64,000 nt of DNA from an uncultured Candidatus Bathyarchaeia archaeon (GTDB lineage Archaea; Thermoproteota; CALKCG01; B24; DRYS01). Each line of letters opens with the position of its first letter. The stretch's first letter is position 1. Positions 60,343 through 64,000 of this stretch are shown in pieces. The notes under the pieces are model-generated. The model was not told the DNA's origin and made no database searches. It saw only the letters and a list, made by a program, of their open reading frames with translations. The translations under genes and the position numbers were made by a program. The stretch spans positions 99,461-163,460 of the forward strand of contig CAZBGY010000001.1 in NCBI GenBank assembly GCA_964491605.1, given 5' to 3'.

Positions 60343-62776
60343 CCGCATTTATGTAGAGAATGTAGCTTCTTATGAGAGTTGCGAACTTGATCTAGATCGG
60401 CTTGGAAGTAGGATAATAGTATATGGAAGCACCGGAGCTGGTAAAACAACGTTCTTCATAGATGCTTTGACAGCAGCGTTCTTCAAGAAAGCTTACGGGG
60501 AACTCGATGCATCGTCTGTATGGTGGATTCTAAGATCTGGATCGAATAAACCTGCGAGGATTGAAGTAGATTTCGAAGTAGAAGGTGTAAGGTATAGAGT
60601 TCGTAGAGTCTTCCACCCAGATAGAAGGAGTCAAGCTTGGCTATACATCGTAGATGAGGAGGGGAGAATACAACGTATAGTAGCATCTACGGTGCAGAGT
60701 GTAGATGCGGAAATAGAGAAGCTTATCAAACTCGATTACCGTACATTCCTATATACACTTCTCATTCGTCAAGGTGAAGTAGCAGGTATTATCGGTAGAA
60801 ATGTCTCGCCTTCTCAACGTAGAGAAATATTCATGAAAGCGTTCAATGTAGATTTCGAGAAGCAGAAAGAGGAGGCTAGAAGACTTAGAGATCTATATTA
60901 TATGAAGATTGAACGGCTTAAAACTGATATATCTAGGATCCAAACCTATATTTCGCAGTTAAGTAATCTGAAAAATCTTCTAGAATCTATAGAATTAGAA
61001 TTAAATTCATCGTTAGAAGAGGTTTCTAATCTTAGAGTGGAATTAAACGGAATCGAGGAGAATATACGTAGAAGTGAGGAAGTGCGTAGCTTACTTAACA
61101 GGGAGCTTGGAAAGCTTGAAGCCGAGTATTCCAAGCTTAAAGATTTAACAGAAAAACTTAATGAGCTTAAATCTCGGAAAGAATATTTTACACGAAACCA
61201 GGAACGTTATCCATTTTTAAAATCTGAGCTCGATGAATTAAAATCCCGTATAGATATTCTCGAAAAGCTACGTATTATGGTAAAGGATTATGAAACGTTA
61301 AAATCTAAGCTTTCTTCTCTAGAAACGACCATAAGACTATCATTATCTATGAAAAGAAGACTTGAAGAGCTTAAAAATAGTTATGATGAACTCTCCCGTA
61401 AAATCAAGCTTCTAGAGAAGGTTGAAGAAGAGAAGAATAGGGTTATGGAGGATATCGATAAGATTCGATCAGATATCGTAAGCTTAGAGGAGCGGCTTAA
61501 ATTTTCTACGGCATCATCTGCTGAGCTTTCGAAGAGCGATGTGTGTCCTATATGCGGATCTAAACTCACTGAATCGGTCAGAGAGAGTCTACAGAAACGT
61601 TTCGCCGATGAAATAGATAAGCTTAGGCGCATCATAGATGATAAGAAGCTCATCTTAGATGTTCTAAGAGAGAGGATTAGAGAATGCGAAGCTAGGATTA
61701 CCACCCTAGCTCAAGCTAGAGGTGCTCTCAAACCTATAGAGGAGGAGATGGAGAAGATACGTTTTGAACTAGATAGATTAACGGTGAGCGAAGAAGAGTA
61801 TAAGAAGGTTAAAAGCTCTTTACTATCGATCGAATCCGAGCTTAGATCCGTATTAGGCTCTACATATAGTGGGTTGGATGAACTTGATAGGAGGCTTGAA
61901 GAGCTTAAATCGGCTTATCGATCTCTAGATGAGGAGATTAAAAGATTAGAATATCTTCAAGTAATCGTAAATGATTTGGATAAAGAAATAGCTAAACTTG
62001 AATGCGATGTTGCAGGTATCGGTAGAGTCGAGAAAGCTATAGATGATGTTAAGAAGAAGCTTATGGAGGTAGATTCATCGATCAGAGATATGTTGAAACG
62101 TAGATCTGAAGTAAATTCTAAGCTTGAATTATGGATAAAGAAGTGTGAAGAGCTAAAATCTATGAAGAAGAGTATAGAGGAAAAGATTCAGGAGTGTGTT
62201 AGATTCTCAGAGGAATTATCTAGACTTGAAGCAGAACTTAGAGATGCGTCCTATAAATATAATACGTATAGGATACTCTACGAGAAAGTTTTTCATGATA
62301 AAGGATTCCCTATGTATCTTTTGCAAAATATAATATCCTCTGTAGAGTATTGGAGCCGTATATATCTATCCAAGCTTTTACCTAGGGTAGATTTAAGGAT
62401 GAATATCTCTCGCGAAGGTGACATATCTATAAAGATATACAGCGACGGTGTTGAGAGGGAGCTTTCAACCTATAGTGGGGGTGAAGCTACCTTGATAGGT
62501 TTCGCAATACGGCTTGGAATAGCTAAAACGCTAGCCGAAAAGAGGGGTGTAAAGAGCTTCAAGATGCTTATACTAGATGAAGGCTTCGGCCCGCTAAGCG
62601 ATGAATTCAGAACACGCCTCCTAGAAGTATTAAAGGAATTCAGCGTAGACTACGAGAAGATCATCATCATATCGCATATAGAGGATATTCAGAATTCGCC
62701 TGTATTCACGGATGCTATTTATGTGAGTAGAGATTCATCTGGAAGGAGTCGTATAACGATAACAAGTAATATTTGA
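60332..62776 (+). CDS. rad50: Rad50/SbcC ATPase, probable CTG start
   Basis: Frame extends to CTG 60332: KINRIYVEN.ASY...GSTGAGKTT (Walker A); IRQGE, coiled coil, Zn-hook CPIC, YSGGE, LILDEGFG, ISH. Confidence 0.88.
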   Translation: MKINRIYVENVASYESCELDLDRLGSRIIVYGSTGAGKTTFFIDALTAAFFKKAYGELDASSVWWILRSGSNKPARIEVDFEVEGVRYRVRRVFHPDRRSQAWLYIVDEEGRIQRIVASTVQSVDAEIEKLIKLDYRTFLYTLLIRQGEVAGIIGRNVSPSQRREIFMKAFNVDFEKQKEEARRLRDLYYMKIERLKTDISRIQTYISQLSNLKNLLESIELELNSSLEEVSNLRVELNGIEENIRRSEEVRSLLNRELGKLEAEYSKLKDLTEKLNELKSRKEYFTRNQERYPFLKSELDELKSRIDILEKLRIMVKDYETLKSKLSSLETTIRLSLSMKRRLEELKNSYDELSRKIKLLEKVEEEKNRVMEDIDKIRSDIVSLEERLKFSTASSAELSKSDVCPICGSKLTESVRESLQKRFADEIDKLRRIIDDKKLILDVLRERIRECEARITTLAQARGALKPIEEEMEKIRFELDRLTVSEEEYKKVKSSLLSIESELRSVLGSTYSGLDELDRRLEELKSAYRSLDEEIKRLEYLQVIVNDLDKEIAKLECDVAGIGRVEKAIDDVKKKLMEVDSSIRDMLKRRSEVNSKLELWIKKCEELKSMKKSIEEKIQECVRFSEELSRLEAELRDASYKYNTYRILYEKVFHDKGFPMYLLQNIISSVEYWSRIYLSKLLPRVDLRMNISREGDISIKIYSDGVERELSTYSGGEATLIGFAIRLGIAKTLAEKRGVKSFKMLILDEGFGPLSDEFRTRLLEVLKEFSVDYEKIIIISHIEDIQNSPVFTDAIYVSRDSSGRSRITITSNI

Positions 62777-62822
62777 AGGAAAGTTTTTATTAGTATGATA
62801 TCTAGAAACCTAAAGTCAAGCT

Positions 62823-63140
62823 ATGCCGATAGATGAATCTAAGCTATCTGGGGATGAGCTGATAGTGTACAATGCTTTAAAGGATATAATCGATCCTGAA
62901 TTTGGCTTTTCGATAGTAGAAGCAGGGTTTATAGATGAGATTAAGGTCGAAGATGGGAAAGTAAAGGTGGTTTACCATCTTTCAGCTCCTTTCTGCCCTT
63001 CGATCTTCGCCTTACAGATAGGGCTAAATATAAAGCATAAGCTTCATAGTATACCGTTCGTACGTGAATCGGAAGTCGTACTGATAGATCATTGGCAGTC
63101 TGAAGAGATAAATAAAGCTATAAGAGAGTACAAACCTTAA
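62823..63140 (+). CDS. SufT/PaaD-like (DUF59) metal-sulfur cluster assembly factor
   Basis: IDPE.G.SIV..G.I, PFCP. Confidence 0.88.
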   Translation: MPIDESKLSGDELIVYNALKDIIDPEFGFSIVEAGFIDEIKVEDGKVKVVYHLSAPFCPSIFALQIGLNIKHKLHSIPFVRESEVVLIDHWQSEEINKAIREYKP

Positions 63141-63787
63141 CCGCTCCTACCCAACTCCTCGAGGATTCTAAGAGCATCCGTCACCGTGATGGTCTCAGGG
63201 GGTTTAATTCCGCTTCTCTCCATGGCTAACTGCGCGCCTCTTGTAAGCTCGGATGCAAGTGTAGAATCTATATAGTCTGCGAGATGCACTATAAGAGCTT
63301 CAATAGTTTTAGGAGTTGAAGGCCCATACTTTCCATGAGCTGCTAGAACTGCGTGAACCAGTTTAATCGGGAAACCTCTACGTATAAGCTCAGATACTAT
63401 CAGCGTATGATGATCTAGGAATAGACCTAGGTCGCTCCGCCTAAAGCTTTCACCTCTCTTCTCGTAGCAATAAACTTTGTATAGATCGTGTAGTATTAAC
63501 GCGGATATGACGGTATCCCTATCCACCTTACCTTTATAGTGCTTCTCGATTAGATCTGAGAGAGCTAATCCTATCTCTATCGATGCGATCGTATGCTCTA
63601 GTAATCCTCTCGCATATTCATGGTGAATCTTCTCTCCCGCAGGTGAATCTGTTAACGTAAGCGGATAATAACCATAAAGCTTCCGGCTGATAGATTTTAC
63701 TATCCTACGAACCTTTCGTCTAATATTTCTATCGGATATCCGCTCTATATAGCGGTAAACTTGCTCCATTAAATCATTCGTAGACAT
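63137..63787 (-). CDS. HD-domain phosphohydrolase, YhaM-like (no OB fold)
   Basis: SPA...HH....GLLEHT, LHD..K, H, HG, P.T.EA..VH.AD. Confidence 0.85.
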   Translation of the reverse strand: MSTNDLMEQVYRYIERISDRNIRRKVRRIVKSISRKLYGYYPLTLTDSPAGEKIHHEYARGLLEHTIASIEIGLALSDLIEKHYKGKVDRDTVISALILHDLYKVYCYEKRGESFRRSDLGLFLDHHTLIVSELIRRGFPIKLVHAVLAAHGKYGPSTPKTIEALIVHLADYIDSTLASELTRGAQLAMERSGIKPPETITVTDALRILEELGRSG

Positions 63788-64000
63788 AACGATTATAAGC
63801 TACTCTAATCCTTTAGATAAATGAATCTTTCCATTACCTAGCTCTGATACCTCCATAGACTACTAGTGGAGGCTAAACGCCTTAACACTACTAACATTAC
63901 ATACGATACGTAGTCAACGTTATTACCTAAATATCTAAGCCGAATTATATTTAGGATGCTTATGGGTTATCAGGATAAGATTATAAGGTATTTTGATAAA

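Noticed and set aside
1-64000. CRISPR array, IS element, provirus or defence island
   Set aside because: I saw no regularly spaced repeats and no transposase, integrase or cas motifs. The MazG-like, HD and nucleotidyltransferase genes are scattered among housekeeping genes.

Overview
Gene-dense chromosomal window from a TACK-type archaeon. Evidence for that placement: rps25e, rpl37e, Lsm, arcadin-1, Hjc, NreA and a BHB-intron tRNA. Ftr plus AMP phosphorylase would fit a Bathyarchaeia-like lineage, but that is inference. Most of the content is housekeeping: moaA, ppsA, glyS, purA, pyrF, rtcB, uppS, a his operon lacking hisH, HMG-CoA synthase/thiolase/DUF35, and mre11-rad50. There are two tRNAs, a four-gene ABC importer and two small decayed accessory patches. 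I found no CRISPR array, integrase or transposase, and no single clearly novel system. Best leads: (1) two conserved genes (rad50 and DUF35) with no ATG/GTG/TTG ahead of their conserved N-terminal motifs, which most likely start at CTG; (2) tRNA-Met(CAT) with two 31-nt non-canonical introns and a tandem copy of its 3' end; (3) an ABC importer whose two ATPases appear to form one intact and one degenerate site; (4) orphan arcadin-1 and CdrS-like genes; (5) a DPM2-like membrane protein; (6) a candidate rRNA A-loop guide RNA. All family calls come from motif recognition by eye, not database searches.
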